In this document: one piece after another, positions 1 through 9,458 of the stretch | How the letters are laid out: the number at the start of each line of letters is the position of its first letter | Numbering within the stretch: position 1 is the first letter of the stretch | Origin: Thermoleophilaceae bacterium | GTDB taxonomy: Bacteria > Actinomycetota > Thermoleophilia > Solirubrobacterales > Thermoleophilaceae | Assembly: GCA_046262995.1 (NCBI GenBank) | Contig: JBHELQ010000064.1 | Coordinates: 37,757 to 101,756 of the forward strand | Length of the DNA stretch: 64,000 bases | Direction: 5' to 3' | Position numbers and translations under genes: made by a program | Notes under the pieces: model-generated | What the model saw: only the letters and a program-made list of their open reading frames with translations | What the model was told of the DNA's origin: nothing | Databases searched by the model: none

Positions 1-197
1 GACTCTAGGTGGCCGCGTGGCACGTGCACGGCGCCGCCCAGGTGGGACTCGTCCCACTCGTGCTGCTCGCGCACGTCGACGATCGCGGCCGCCCCGTCGC
101 CGTTTCCGTTCTGGCTGACGAGCTGCTGGACGTCCCCGGGATCGAGCTCCCGGATCTGCTCCTTGATCCGCTTGATGAGGTCTGCGCCGCTGGCCAT
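1..197 (-). CDS. rhodanese-like domain protein, N-terminal part only (gene runs off the left edge)
   Basis: Minus-strand translation from ATG (cat at 195-197) gives MASGADLIKRIKEQIRELDPGDVQQLV...AAAIVDVREQHEWDESHLGGAVHVPRGHLE. This is the typical first half of a rhodanese domain. There is no stop inside the window. Confidence 0.6.
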   Translation of the reverse strand, partial: MASGADLIKRIKEQIRELDPGDVQQLVSQNGNGDGAAAIVDVREQHEWDESHLGGAVHVPRGHLE

Positions 198-372
198 GCT
201 TCAGAAAGTGTAGCGCCCCTGGAAGGGCCTCGACCGCCCCCGAAACGCTACCGGGGCGCCCTTTCGGACGCCCCGGTTACAAACCCAGACCTTGTGTGTG
301 CGGAACCCCGCGGTACCCGTTCATCCGCGAAGACTTGTAGTGAGATTGTCGTACAACGGGCCGTCTGCCGAT

Positions 373-1416
373 ATGGGGTGGAGACCCCATTTGTCTCTCA
401 TGCAGATTCGGCTCCCCACCCGCCCCCCACGGCTCGAGCGCAACGACTCGCTGATCGGCCAGCTAGTGGCCGCGAACGTCCTGCTCGTCGGGCTCACCCT
501 GCTCGCCGCCAGCCTGGCGGCCGGGCTCGACCTGACGATCGACGACCAGCGCTCGCAGTTCCTGATCCTCGCGCTGGCGATCGTGCTCACGCTGTGCGTG
601 AACATGTGGATGCTCCAGCGCCGGTTCAGGCCGCTCGAGGGACTGATCGAGCGGATCGAGGAGATCGACCCGTCGCAGCCGGCCGTCCTCGAGCTCGAGG
701 GCGGCCCCGCCAAGGAGATCGACCGGCTCGGTCAATCGTTCCAGCGGCTGCTCGAGGGCATCGAGACCGAGCGCCGCCGCGCCGGCCAGCTCGTGCTGCG
801 CGCCCAGGAGGAAGAGCGCCGGCGGCTCGCGCGAGACCTGCACGACGAGGTGAACCAGGCGCTGACCGCCATCCTCCTGCGCCTGCAGGCGCTCTCCGAG
901 GACGCCCCGCCTGAGCACACGGCGGAGGTTCGCGAGCTCAAGCGACTCGTGAACCGCGCCATGGACGAGCTGACGGGGCTCGCCCGCCAGCTGCGTCCCT
1001 CGGCGCTCGATGACCACGGCCTGGTGGCGGCGATCGACGCGCAGCTGCGGCGCTTCGCCGAGCAGACCGGCGTCGACGCGGCGCTCAGCAGCGAGGGTCC
1101 GGTGAACGACCTGGAGGAGGACTGCCAGACGGCCGTGTACAGGGTCGTCCAGGAAGCGCTGACCAACATCACCCATCACGCCGGAGCAAGCCGTGTGCGA
1201 GTGGCGCTCGAGCACGACCGCAGCGACGGCACGCAGCTGACCGTGAGCGACGACGGCGCCGGCTTCGACCCGCGGGCCTCGACCTCGTCGCGCCGGCAGA
1301 CGGGCAACGGCCTCGGACTGCGCGGCATGGCGGAGCGGGCCCGGCTGGCGGGCGGCGAGCTGGACGTGCGCTCCGCTCCGGGCGGCGGAACCACCGTGAC
1401 CCTGAGGATCCCGTGA
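373..1416 (+). CDS. sensor histidine kinase, NarL/LiaS-type (HisKA_3 + HATPase_c), intramembrane-sensing architecture
   Basis: From ORF 292-1416. It has two closely spaced TM helices, the H-box LARDLHDEVNQALTAI, and ATP-lid motifs DDGAGFD and GLGLRGMAERA. The start is ambiguous (ATG 373 or 400). The stop TGA overlaps the next gene's GTG (GTGA at 1413-1416). Confidence 0.8.
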   Translation: MGWRPHLSLMQIRLPTRPPRLERNDSLIGQLVAANVLLVGLTLLAASLAAGLDLTIDDQRSQFLILALAIVLTLCVNMWMLQRRFRPLEGLIERIEEIDPSQPAVLELEGGPAKEIDRLGQSFQRLLEGIETERRRAGQLVLRAQEEERRRLARDLHDEVNQALTAILLRLQALSEDAPPEHTAEVRELKRLVNRAMDELTGLARQLRPSALDDHGLVAAIDAQLRRFAEQTGVDAALSSEGPVNDLEEDCQTAVYRVVQEALTNITHHAGASRVRVALEHDRSDGTQLTVSDDGAGFDPRASTSSRRQTGNGLGLRGMAERARLAGGELDVRSAPGGGTTVTLRIP

Positions 1417-2048
1417 TCCAGGTACTGATCGCAGACGACCACGGCATCGTCCGCAGCGGGCTGCGGATGCTGATCGAGCGCCAGGCCGACATGGAGGTGG
1501 TGGCCGAGGCCGAGGACGGCGTCGCCGCCATTGCCGCGGCCCAGAGCCGGCAGCCGGGGGTAGCCGTGCTCGACGTGTCGATGCCACGGCTGACCGGCAT
1601 CCAGGCGGCGCGCGAGATCCGTTCCCACTGCCCGGACACGCGCGTCCTGCTGCTCTCGATGCACGACGACGAGCGCTACTTCTTCGAGGGCCTGGAGGCG
1701 GGAGCCGCCGGCTACGTGCTGAAGCGCTCCGCGGACGCGGACCTGATCGATGCGCTGCGGACCGTGGCTGACGGCCGCACGTTCCTCTCCGGACGCACCC
1801 AGCAGGCCCTGATGCGGGAGTGGCGCGAGGGCGCCCGGGGTGACGCCGACGACGGGCTGACCCCGAGGGAGCTCGAGATCGTGAAGCTGGTCGCGGAGGC
1901 GTACACGAACCGCCAGATCGCCGAGACGCTGAGCGTGTCGGAGAAGACCGTCGAGTCGCACCGGGGCAACCTGCTCTCGAAGCTCGGCATGCGCGACCGG
2001 GTGGAGCTGGTCCGCTACGCGATCCGCCGCGGGCTCGTCGAGCCCTAG
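1413..2048 (+). CDS. response regulator, NarL/LuxR family
   Basis: Receiver domain (VLIADDHGIVRSGL, LDVSMP) plus a C-terminal LuxR HTH (LTPRELEIVKLVAEAYTNRQIAETLSVSEKTVESHR). It is translationally coupled to the kinase. Confidence 0.9.
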   Translation: MIQVLIADDHGIVRSGLRMLIERQADMEVVAEAEDGVAAIAAAQSRQPGVAVLDVSMPRLTGIQAAREIRSHCPDTRVLLLSMHDDERYFFEGLEAGAAGYVLKRSADADLIDALRTVADGRTFLSGRTQQALMREWREGARGDADDGLTPRELEIVKLVAEAYTNRQIAETLSVSEKTVESHRGNLLSKLGMRDRVELVRYAIRRGLVEP

Positions 2049-2074
2049 TCGCCGCCCGCTCGCACCGCGACCTC

Positions 2075-2080
2075 TAGCCT
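2075..2080 (+). promoter_or_regulatory. -10-like hexamer TAGCCT placed 8 nt before the GTG start (possible leaderless transcript)
   Basis: TANNNT hexamer at 2075-2080 and GTG at 2089. There is no Shine-Dalgarno sequence in between. Confidence 0.3.
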
Positions 2081-2088
2081 GCGGCCGC

Positions 2089-2694
2089 GTGAACCCGCGC
2101 GTGGCCCTGGCCTCCATAGTCGCGGCGGCCGTGGTGCTCGGCGGCGTGCTCGTGATCGCCCTCAGCCGGGACGAGCAGAACGCTGCTCCTCCCACCGCCG
2201 CCACCGGCTACGCGGGCGCGCTGCTGCCGCGCGGCGTGCGGGCGCCGGACTTCCGGCTGCGCGACGACCGCGGCCGGGCGATCTCGATGCGCGGCTTCCG
2301 CGGCCGACCCGTGCTCGTGACCTTCCTCTACACGACCTGCAAGGAGAGCTGCCCGGGCATGGCGCAGACGGCACGCGGGGCGCTGGACGACCTCGGGCAC
2401 GACGTGCCCGCCATCGCCATCGCCGTCGACCCGCCGCGCGACACCCCGGCGCGGGCGCGTGCCTTCCTGGCCAAGCAGCAGGCGCTCGGCCGCCTGCGCT
2501 TCGTGCTGGGGACGCGGGCCCAGCTGCGGCCGCTGTGGAAGGGCTACGCGATCCAGCCCCAGAGCGTCGCCCAGGAGCACCAGGCGCGCTTCGTGATCGT
2601 GGACAAGCGCGGCTACCAGCGGATCGGGTTCCCGGGGCAGGAGGCCACGCCGGACCGTCTGGCGCACGACCTCCGCCTGCTCGAGCGGCAGTAG
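2089..2694 (+). CDS. SCO1/SenC-family thioredoxin-fold copper chaperone/thiol-disulfide protein
   Basis: N-terminal membrane anchor, then VLVTFLYTTCKESCPG (CxxxC) and the rest of the SCO pattern (FVIVDKRG). Confidence 0.75.
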   Translation: MNPRVALASIVAAAVVLGGVLVIALSRDEQNAAPPTAATGYAGALLPRGVRAPDFRLRDDRGRAISMRGFRGRPVLVTFLYTTCKESCPGMAQTARGALDDLGHDVPAIAIAVDPPRDTPARARAFLAKQQALGRLRFVLGTRAQLRPLWKGYAIQPQSVAQEHQARFVIVDKRGYQRIGFPGQEATPDRLAHDLRLLERQ

Positions 2695-2712
2695 CCGGCG
2701 CTGCTCCTTTAT

Positions 2713-2729
2713 CCTACCGCCGAGGTAGG
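2713..2729. promoter_or_regulatory. perfect inverted repeat CCTACC-N5-GGTAGG immediately upstream of the Rrf2 gene (candidate autoregulatory operator)
   Basis: CCTACC at 2713-2718 and GGTAGG at 2724-2729. The repeat overlaps a GGTAAT -10-like hexamer (2728-2733) that sits 6 nt before ATG 2740. Confidence 0.4.
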
Positions 2730-2739
2730 TAATCGCCCG

Positions 2740-3195
2740 ATGATGTTCTCGACAAAGGCGGAGTACGGCGTGCGCGTGATGGCGCATCTGGCGCGCAACA
2801 ACGGCGCCGACCCGATCCCGCTCGGCTCGATCGCCGACGCCGAGGGGCTCCCCCTGGCCTACCTCGAGCACCTGGTCCAGCGCCTGCGCAAGGCGGAGCT
2901 CGTGGAGTCGCGCCGCGGCGCCCACGGGGGCTACTCGCTGGCCCGGCCCGCGAGCGGGATCACGATGGCCGAGGTGGTCAGGGCGCTCGAGGGCGAGATC
3001 GCGCCGATCGAGTGCATCAGCGCCGACTCCGACGGGACGCTCGTGTGCCTGCGCGAGGGCGAGGAGCCGTGCCCGACGAAGCTGCTCTGGACCCGCGTCC
3101 AGGGCTCGATCGTGCGCACCCTGAACGACATGACGCTGGCCGACCTGGCCCAGCCCGACCTGGCCCAACGGCCAAGGAGGAAGGCGACCGTATGA
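2740..3195 (+). CDS. Rrf2-family (IscR/NsrR-like) transcriptional regulator with three clustered cysteines
   Basis: MMFSTKAEYGVRVMAHLA winged-helix N-terminus. Cysteines are arranged CISADSDGTLVCLREGEEPC (C-x10-C-x7-C). The stop overlaps the sufC start (ATGA at 3192-3195). Confidence 0.85.
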   Translation: MMFSTKAEYGVRVMAHLARNNGADPIPLGSIADAEGLPLAYLEHLVQRLRKAELVESRRGAHGGYSLARPASGITMAEVVRALEGEIAPIECISADSDGTLVCLREGEEPCPTKLLWTRVQGSIVRTLNDMTLADLAQPDLAQRPRRKATV

Positions 3196-3935
3196 GCCTG
3201 GAGATCCAGAACCTGCACGTGCGAACCGAGGAGCGGGAGATCCTGCACGGCGTCGACCTGGTCGTGAAGAAGGGCCAGACGCACGCGCTGATGGGTCCCA
3301 ACGGCTCCGGCAAGTCCACGCTCGCGAACACGCTGATGGGGAGCCCGACCTACGAGGTCACCGAGGGCCGCGTGATCCTGAACGGCGAGGACCTGACGGA
3401 GGCCGATCCCGACGAGCGCGCCAGGGCCGGCTTGTTCATGGCCTTCCAGTACCCCGCGACGATCCCCGGCGTGTCGGTGGCGAACTTCCTGCGCATGGCC
3501 GTGAACGCCAGGCGCGAAGAGCCGATCAAGGTGAAGGAGTTCGGCGAGCTCCTGAAGCGCAACATGGAGCTGCTCCGGATCGACCGCGCGTTCACGAGCC
3601 GCTACCTGAACGAGGGCTTCTCGGGCGGCGAGAAGAAGCGCGCCGAGATCCTGCAGCTGGCGATGCTCCAGCCCGACTTCGCCGTGCTCGACGAGACCGA
3701 CTCGGGGCTCGACATCGACGCCCTGAGGATCGTCTCGGACGGCGTGAACGCGATGCTGGGCGAGGAGCGCGGCTTCCTGATCATCACCCACTACACGCGG
3801 ATCCTGAGCTACGTGCGCCCGGACTTCGTTCACATCATGCTCGACGGCCGGATCGTGCGCGAGGGCGGTCCCGAGCTGGCCGACCAGCTCGAGGAGAAGG
3901 GCTACGAGTGGGTGCGCGAGGAGGTCGCCGCCTAG
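3192..3935 (+). CDS. sufC: Fe-S cluster assembly ATPase SufC
   Basis: MSLEIQNLHV..., Walker A GPNGSGKST, signature FSGGEKKR, LDETDSGLD and IITHY. The true start is ATG 3192, inside the longer ORF 3012-3935. Confidence 0.95.
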   Translation: MSLEIQNLHVRTEEREILHGVDLVVKKGQTHALMGPNGSGKSTLANTLMGSPTYEVTEGRVILNGEDLTEADPDERARAGLFMAFQYPATIPGVSVANFLRMAVNARREEPIKVKEFGELLKRNMELLRIDRAFTSRYLNEGFSGGEKKRAEILQLAMLQPDFAVLDETDSGLDIDALRIVSDGVNAMLGEERGFLIITHYTRILSYVRPDFVHIMLDGRIVREGGPELADQLEEKGYEWVREEVAA

Positions 3936-5239
3936 TGCCTGCCGCCTTCGTCGAGGAGCGCAGGCGGGCCGCGCTCGAGTGGTTCGAGAGCGAGCCCGTG
4001 CCGCGCTGGCGCCGCTCGGGCTTCTGGACCACCGACGTGCGCAAGCTGCGCCTGGACGAGCTCGAGCCGCGCCGCTACGAGCCGCTCGAGGAGTTACCGG
4101 AGATCGTCCAGGAGCACCTGAGGGACGACGAGGAGCACGCCGGGCTGCTCGTGCAGCAGGGCGCGAGCGTCGTCTACTCGCACCTCGATCCCGCCGCGGC
4201 CGACCAGGGCGTCCAGGTCATGCCGCTCGAGCAGGCCGTGGAGCAGCAGCCCGAGCTGGTCGAGCGCTACTTCGGCCGGCGCCTGCCGCCCGAGGAGGGC
4301 AAGTTCCCGGCGGCCTCTGCTGCGTTCTGGACCGGCGGCGCCTTCCTGCACGTGCCGAAGGAGGTGCGGCTCGAGAAGCCGATCCAGGTCGTGTGGCTGA
4401 TCGACGAGCCGGGCCTGGCCCAGTACGCCCACACGCTCGCCGTGGTCGGCGAGTTCGCCGAGTGCTCGCTGCGGGAGTACCACCTGGCCCCCCACATCGA
4501 CGGTCAGGCGCTCCACGCCGGCGCCTTCGAGCTCTACGCGCTGCCCGGCTCCCAGGTGCACCTCGCCCACTACCAGGACTGGGGCACCGGCGAGGTCTAC
4601 GACGTCTCGACCAAGCGGGTCGAGATCCGCCGCGACGCGCGCGTGCGCTGGGTGCCGATCCACCTGGGCGGGCACCTGACGAAGCAGACGCTCGACATCG
4701 TCACCGCCGAGCCCGGCTCCGACATGCGCCACACGGGCATGTACTTCACCGAGCGCGCCGAGCACCTCGACCTCTTCACCTCCGACAAGCACGAAGCGGG
4801 ACACACCACCGGCGACACGGTCTGGAAGGGCGCGCTGACCGGCGAGTCGCGCGCCTCCTACGAGGGACTGATCCACATCGTGCCGGGAGCGCAGGAGACG
4901 CACACCTACCTGCAGACGCACTCGATGCTGCTCTCGCCCAAGGCCCGCGGCGACGCGATCCCGTCCCTGATCGTCGAGACCGACAACGTCTCCGCCTCGC
5001 ACGGCGGCACCGTCGGCGAGCTCGACGAGGAGCAGATCTACTACATGATGAGCCGCGGCCTGTCGCGGCGGGAGGCCGTGCGCGTGCTGGTCGAGGGCTA
5101 CTTCGAGGAGGTCGTGCAGCGGCTCGAGGACCCGGGCCTGGAGGCGCTGGTGCGCCGGCGCATCGCGGACAAGCTGGCGGGAGCCGAGGAGCAGGTGGCC
5201 GAGTTCATCGGCGAGCGCGTGGGCGAGGTCGAGGGCTGA
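3935..5239 (+). CDS. sufD: Fe-S cluster assembly protein SufD
   Basis: SufBD-fold C-terminal region (SASHGGTVGELDEEQIYYMMSRGLSRREA). GTG 3935 overlaps the sufC TAG by 1 nt. Confidence 0.85.
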   Translation: MPAAFVEERRRAALEWFESEPVPRWRRSGFWTTDVRKLRLDELEPRRYEPLEELPEIVQEHLRDDEEHAGLLVQQGASVVYSHLDPAAADQGVQVMPLEQAVEQQPELVERYFGRRLPPEEGKFPAASAAFWTGGAFLHVPKEVRLEKPIQVVWLIDEPGLAQYAHTLAVVGEFAECSLREYHLAPHIDGQALHAGAFELYALPGSQVHLAHYQDWGTGEVYDVSTKRVEIRRDARVRWVPIHLGGHLTKQTLDIVTAEPGSDMRHTGMYFTERAEHLDLFTSDKHEAGHTTGDTVWKGALTGESRASYEGLIHIVPGAQETHTYLQTHSMLLSPKARGDAIPSLIVETDNVSASHGGTVGELDEEQIYYMMSRGLSRREAVRVLVEGYFEEVVQRLEDPGLEALVRRRIADKLAGAEEQVAEFIGERVGEVEG

Positions 5240-6480
5240 TGACGACCGTCGCCGCCAAGCCGATCTCCGAGCTGCGGGCCGACTTCCCCGTGCTCGACCG
5301 GGTCGAGGACGGCAAGCGCCTTGTGTACCTGGACTCGGCCGCCACCTCGCAGAAGCCCGAGCAGGTGCTGCGGGCCATGGACGACTACTACCGGCACTCG
5401 AACGCTCCGGTGCACCGGAGCGTCTACAAGCTCGCCGAGGAGGCCACCGACCTGTTCGAGGGCGCCCGCGAGCGGATCGCCGAGTTCGTCGGCTGGGACT
5501 CCTCGAGCACGGTGTTCACGGGCAACGCCACCGCCTCGATCAACCTGGTCGCGTACTCGTGGGGCCGCGAGCACGTGGGCGCCGGAGACGAGGTGCTCAT
5601 CACGCGCATGGAGCACCACTCGAACATCGTCCCCTGGCAGATCCTCTGCCAGGAGGTCGGCGCGCGGCTGCGCTACCTGCCGGTGTCGGAGAGCGGGGAG
5701 CTGTCGCTGGACGAGCTCGACGAGGCGCTCGGCTCGGGCAGCGTGAAGCTGGTCGCGGTCGCCCACGTGTCCAACGTGCTGGGCACGCTCAACCCGGTGG
5801 GGGAGATCGTCCGGCGGGCGCGCGCGGCAGGCGCCGCCACGCTGATCGACGGCTCTCAGGCCGTCCCCCAGCTCCCGCTCGACCTGGGCGAGATCGACGC
5901 CGACTTCTACGCCTGGACCGGGCACAAGGCCCTCGGCCCCACCGGCATCGGCGTGCTGCACGCCAAGCGCGAGACGCTGGCCGCGATGCGCCCGTTCTTC
6001 GGCGGCGGGCACATGATCTCCCGCGTCGACGACGAGTCGTCGAGCTGGAACGAGCTGCCCTGGAAGTACGAGGCCGGGACGTCGCAGATCGCGGAGGCGG
6101 TCGGGCTGGGCGCCGCGATCGACTACCTGGCAGCCGTCGGCATGGAGAACGTGCGCGCGCACGAGCGCGACCTGACGGCCTACGCCTTGAAGCGCCTTCC
6201 GGAGGTGGAGGGGCTCACGGCGTTCGGCCCCGCCGACGTCGACAGGCGCGGCGGGGTCGTCTCGTTCGCGATCGAGGGCATCCACCCGCACGACATCTCC
6301 GAGGTCTGCGGCCGCGAGGCGGTCTGCATCCGCGCGGGCCACCACTGCGCCCAGCCGCTGATGCGCGACCTCGGCGTGCCCGCCACCGCGCGCGCTTCCT
6401 TCCACGTCTACAACTCGCGCGAGGACGTGGACCGCCTGGTGGAGGCGCTCGTGAAGTCACGCGAGGTCTTCGGCCTCTGA
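5239..6480 (+). CDS. sufS: cysteine desulfurase SufS (group II)
   Basis: MTTVAAKPISELRADFPVLD..., LDSAATSQKP, TGHKALGPTGIGVL (PLP lysine) and RAGHHCAQPL. ATG 5239 overlaps the sufD TGA. Confidence 0.95.
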   Translation: MTTVAAKPISELRADFPVLDRVEDGKRLVYLDSAATSQKPEQVLRAMDDYYRHSNAPVHRSVYKLAEEATDLFEGARERIAEFVGWDSSSTVFTGNATASINLVAYSWGREHVGAGDEVLITRMEHHSNIVPWQILCQEVGARLRYLPVSESGELSLDELDEALGSGSVKLVAVAHVSNVLGTLNPVGEIVRRARAAGAATLIDGSQAVPQLPLDLGEIDADFYAWTGHKALGPTGIGVLHAKRETLAAMRPFFGGGHMISRVDDESSSWNELPWKYEAGTSQIAEAVGLGAAIDYLAAVGMENVRAHERDLTAYALKRLPEVEGLTAFGPADVDRRGGVVSFAIEGIHPHDISEVCGREAVCIRAGHHCAQPLMRDLGVPATARASFHVYNSREDVDRLVEALVKSREVFGL

Positions 6481-6860
6481 TGGACGCGCTCTACCGCGAC
6501 TACATCCTCGACCACTACAAGAACCCGCGGAACTTCGGCGAGCTCGAGCCGCACGACTTGGAGTTCCACGACCACAACCCGCTTTGCGGCGACGAGCTCG
6601 GCGTGCACGTCCAGGTGGAGGAGGGCAAGGTCGCCGGCCTGCGCTTCCACGGGCAGGGCTGCGCGATCTCGCAGGCCGCCGCCTCGATCACGAGCGAGGA
6701 GCTGATCGGGATGCCGGTCGACGAGATCCCCGGCCTGCCCGCCGACTGGGTGCTCGAGCAGCTAGGCATCGAGATCTCCCCCACCCGCCGCAAGTGCGCG
6801 CTGCTATCGCTCAAGGTCATGCGCGGGGCGACCACCGGCGACCCATCCTGGCCCGAGTAG
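6480..6860 (+). CDS. sufU: SufU/IscU-like Fe-S assembly sulfur acceptor
   Basis: MDALYRDYILDHYKNPRNFGEL, NPLCGDEL, GQGCAISQA and RRKCALL. ATG 6480 overlaps the sufS TGA. Confidence 0.9.
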   Translation: MDALYRDYILDHYKNPRNFGELEPHDLEFHDHNPLCGDELGVHVQVEEGKVAGLRFHGQGCAISQAAASITSEELIGMPVDEIPGLPADWVLEQLGIEISPTRRKCALLSLKVMRGATTGDPSWPE

Positions 6861-6864
6861 CCCG

Positions 6865-7281
6865 GTGGCGGACCCCTCCCTGACCGGCGGCTGCCTCTGC
6901 GGTGGCGTCCGCTTCGAGCTCACGGAGCCCGCCCGCGAGGCCGGCTACTGCCACTGCACCCGCTGCCAGGGCCGCACGGGCAGCGCGGCCTCCGCCCAGG
7001 CCAGGATCGACGGCCGCACGTTCCGCCTGCTCCAGGGCGAGGAGCTCGTGAAGGCCTGGCGTCCCGACCGCGGCTTCGAGAAGTGCTTCTGCCGCGAGTG
7101 CGGCGCCCACCTGTTCAGCCGCAACCCGGACGACCCATCGCAGATGAGCGTGCGCATGTCCGCCTTCGACGGCGACCCCGGGGTACGTCTCAGCTGGCGC
7201 GCCTTCGTGGCCTACGCGGCGCCGTGGGAGCCGATCCCGGACGACGGGCTCGAGCGCTACGACGAAGCCAGACCGCGCTAG
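6865..7281 (+). CDS. GFA-family (glutathione-dependent formaldehyde-activating/CENP-V-like) zinc protein
   Basis: GGCLCGGVRFEL, CHCTRCQ and CRECGAHLF cysteine pattern. Confidence 0.75.
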   Translation: MADPSLTGGCLCGGVRFELTEPAREAGYCHCTRCQGRTGSAASAQARIDGRTFRLLQGEELVKAWRPDRGFEKCFCRECGAHLFSRNPDDPSQMSVRMSAFDGDPGVRLSWRAFVAYAAPWEPIPDDGLERYDEARPR

Positions 7282-7306
7282 CCAAGCCCAGTAGCCTGCG
7301 CCGCGG

Positions 7307-8152
7307 ATGGCTCCAGGCTCCGACACGGGTCAGGCGCCCCAGGTCGAGCTCGTCGACGGGGGCGAGATGCCGCAGCTGGGCTTCGGGGTGTTCCAGATCC
7401 CGCCGGAGGACACCGCGGAGGCCGCGGCGCACGCGCTGCGGACCGGCTACCGCTCGGTGGACACGGCGGCCGCCTATCGCAACGAGGCGGGCGTCGGCGA
7501 GGCGATCAGGGACAGCGGGCTCGACCGCGGCGACGTGTTCGTGACGACGAAGGTGTGGAACAACTCCCACGGCCGCGACGAGGCGACCGCCGCCTTCGAG
7601 AAGAGCCTCGGCCGCCTGGGCTTCGACTACGTCGACCTCTACCTGATCCACTGGCCCGCGCCGGCGAACGACCGCTACGTCGAGACCTGGGAGGCGCTGG
7701 TCGCGCTGCGCGAGCAGGGCCGGGCGCGCGCGATCGGGGTGTCGAACTTCCAGGTCGACCACCTCCAGCGGATCATCGACGCCACCGGCGTCGTGCCCGC
7801 GGTCAACCAGATCGAGCTGCATCCGCACTTCCAGCAGCCCGAGCTGCGGAGCTTCCACGCCGAGCACGGCATGGCCACCGAGGCCTGGAGCCCGCTCGCG
7901 CAGGGGGCCGCGCTCGAGGACGAGGCGGTGACCCGGCTGGCCTCCGAGCACGGGAAGACGCCCGCCCAGGTGGTGCTGCGCTGGCACCTGCAGCTCGGCA
8001 ACGTCGTGATCCCGAAGTCGGTCACGCCGGCGCGGATCGAGGAGAACTTCGACGTCTTCGACTTCGAGCTCTCCAGCGAGGACATGCTGAGCATCGAAGG
8101 CCTCGACGAGGGTCGTCGGATCGGGCCCGACCCGGCGAGCTTCGACGCCTAG
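7307..8152 (+). CDS. aldo/keto reductase (2,5-diketo-D-gluconate reductase-like)
   Basis: MPQLGFGVFQ, TGYRSVDTAAAYRNE, DLYLIHWP, NQIELHP and VIPKS motifs. Confidence 0.9.
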   Translation: MAPGSDTGQAPQVELVDGGEMPQLGFGVFQIPPEDTAEAAAHALRTGYRSVDTAAAYRNEAGVGEAIRDSGLDRGDVFVTTKVWNNSHGRDEATAAFEKSLGRLGFDYVDLYLIHWPAPANDRYVETWEALVALREQGRARAIGVSNFQVDHLQRIIDATGVVPAVNQIELHPHFQQPELRSFHAEHGMATEAWSPLAQGAALEDEAVTRLASEHGKTPAQVVLRWHLQLGNVVIPKSVTPARIEENFDVFDFELSSEDMLSIEGLDEGRRIGPDPASFDA

Positions 8153-8155
8153 TCC

Positions 8156-9067
8156 TCAGCGCGCCTGAGTCGGCTCCGGCTCGGCGACCCCTCCGGCTTC
8201 CCGCCGCACCACCGAGGCGACCGAGGCGACGATGATCGCCGCGCCGACGGCGGTCGTGGGCGTGACCTCTTCGGACAGGACCGCCCAGCCGAGGAAGATC
8301 GCAATCACCGGATTCACGAAGGCGTAGGTGGCGACCATCGAGATCGGGGCGTTCCGCAGCAGCCAGACATAGGCGCTGAAGCCCACGATCGCCACAGCGA
8401 CGAGGTAGGCGAAGGCCACGAGCGAGCGGACCGAGAGGTCTGCGAGCTGGACGTCTCCGGCCTCGCCGGCGAGCAGGCCAGCGGCGACCAGCAGGGCGCC
8501 TCCGAGGAGCATCTGCCACGCGGCTGCGGCGAAGGCGTCCGCCGGCTGCGGGATGCGGCCGGAGTAAAACGAGCCAACCGCCCACGACAGCGACGCTCCG
8601 ACGAGGAGAAGCACCCCCCAAATGGGTGCATTGCCGGGCCGGTCGCCGGGCAGGACGAGAATCGCCAGCCCGGCGAACCCGATCAGGACGCCCCCGAGCG
8701 TCGTCAGCGGCAACGCCTCGCCGTGCGCCCTCCGCATGAGCGCGACCCAGAGCGGGACGCAGCCGACGATCAGCGCCGCCAGCCCCGAGGGCACCTTCTG
8801 CTCGGCCAGGAGGACCAGGCCATTACCGCCGAGCGGCAGAAGAACCCCCATCACGCCGGCGCCGGCGAGCTCCCGCGCCTTGACGCGGACGCGCGCTGCC
8901 CCGCTCGCCAACCGCAGCACGCCCAGGAAGGCCGCGCCGGCGATCACGAAGCGCAGGCCGCCGCCCAGTAGGGGCGGCACCGTCTCGACCATGACGCGAA
9001 TCCCCAGGTAGACCGAGCCCCAGACGACGTAGACGGTGGCGAGGGCCGCCCAGACCACCGGCCTCAC
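8156..9067 (-). CDS. EamA/DMT-superfamily transporter
   Basis: About 10 TM helices with two EamA-like halves (WGSVYLGIRV..., AFVNPVIAIFLGW). Confidence 0.8.
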   Translation of the reverse strand: MRPVVWAALATVYVVWGSVYLGIRVMVETVPPLLGGGLRFVIAGAAFLGVLRLASGAARVRVKARELAGAGVMGVLLPLGGNGLVLLAEQKVPSGLAALIVGCVPLWVALMRRAHGEALPLTTLGGVLIGFAGLAILVLPGDRPGNAPIWGVLLLVGASLSWAVGSFYSGRIPQPADAFAAAAWQMLLGGALLVAAGLLAGEAGDVQLADLSVRSLVAFAYLVAVAIVGFSAYVWLLRNAPISMVATYAFVNPVIAIFLGWAVLSEEVTPTTAVGAAIIVASVASVVRREAGGVAEPEPTQAR

Positions 9068-9093
9068 GGCTTGCGGGCGGCTGTTCGCGCTGC

Positions 9094-9405
9094 TCAGCGC
9101 GGCTGCTGAGCGCGCTCGGCGCCGGCGGCGGGGTTGTTCTGAGCCCAGGCGACGATCCGCTCCGAGCCCTGCACCACGTCGCCGTTGTCGGTCACGAGCG
9201 CGGGGACCCAGTTGTTGCCCGTCAGCTCCCGCACTTCGCGCCGGCCCCGGGTCACGTTGAGGAAGTCCGGGAGGAAGCCTCCGCCGTAGGACTTGACGAC
9301 CTCCGGCTTCCAGCCCGCCTCGCGCAGTGCCTCGTGCGCGTTCCGGCAGGGATGCCCGCCGGGCCGGGGCGAGCGGAAGATGCCGTAGCAGACGTAGAGC
9401 TTCAT
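9094..9405 (-). CDS. glutaredoxin/GST-N-terminal-like thioredoxin-fold protein
   Basis: MKLYVCYGIF...GGHPCRNAHEALREAGWKPEVV...VPALVTDNGDVVQGSERI. This is a small Trx-fold pattern. The family call is by eye only. Confidence 0.5.
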   Translation of the reverse strand: MKLYVCYGIFRSPRPGGHPCRNAHEALREAGWKPEVVKSYGGGFLPDFLNVTRGRREVRELTGNNWVPALVTDNGDVVQGSERIVAWAQNNPAAGAERAQQPR

Positions 9406-9444
9406 CGGCGGGAGGAGTCTAAGGAATCGGGTGGCGCCCGCGGC

Positions 9445-9458
9445 TTAGGGTGCCCTAA
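9445..9458. promoter_or_regulatory. palindrome TTAGGG-TG-CCCTAA overlapping a TAATAT -10-like hexamer, upstream of the ZIP transporter gene
   Basis: Arms at 9445-9450 and 9453-9458. TAATAT at 9456-9461. It lies in the 95-nt divergent intergenic region. Confidence 0.35.

Noticed and set aside
250-277. 9-bp-stem hairpin ACCGGGGCG-N10-CGCCCCGGT in the divergent region between the rhodanese and kinase genes.
   Set aside because: There is no U tract on either strand. It sits in a promoter region rather than after a gene, and no second copy is in the window. I cannot assign a function.
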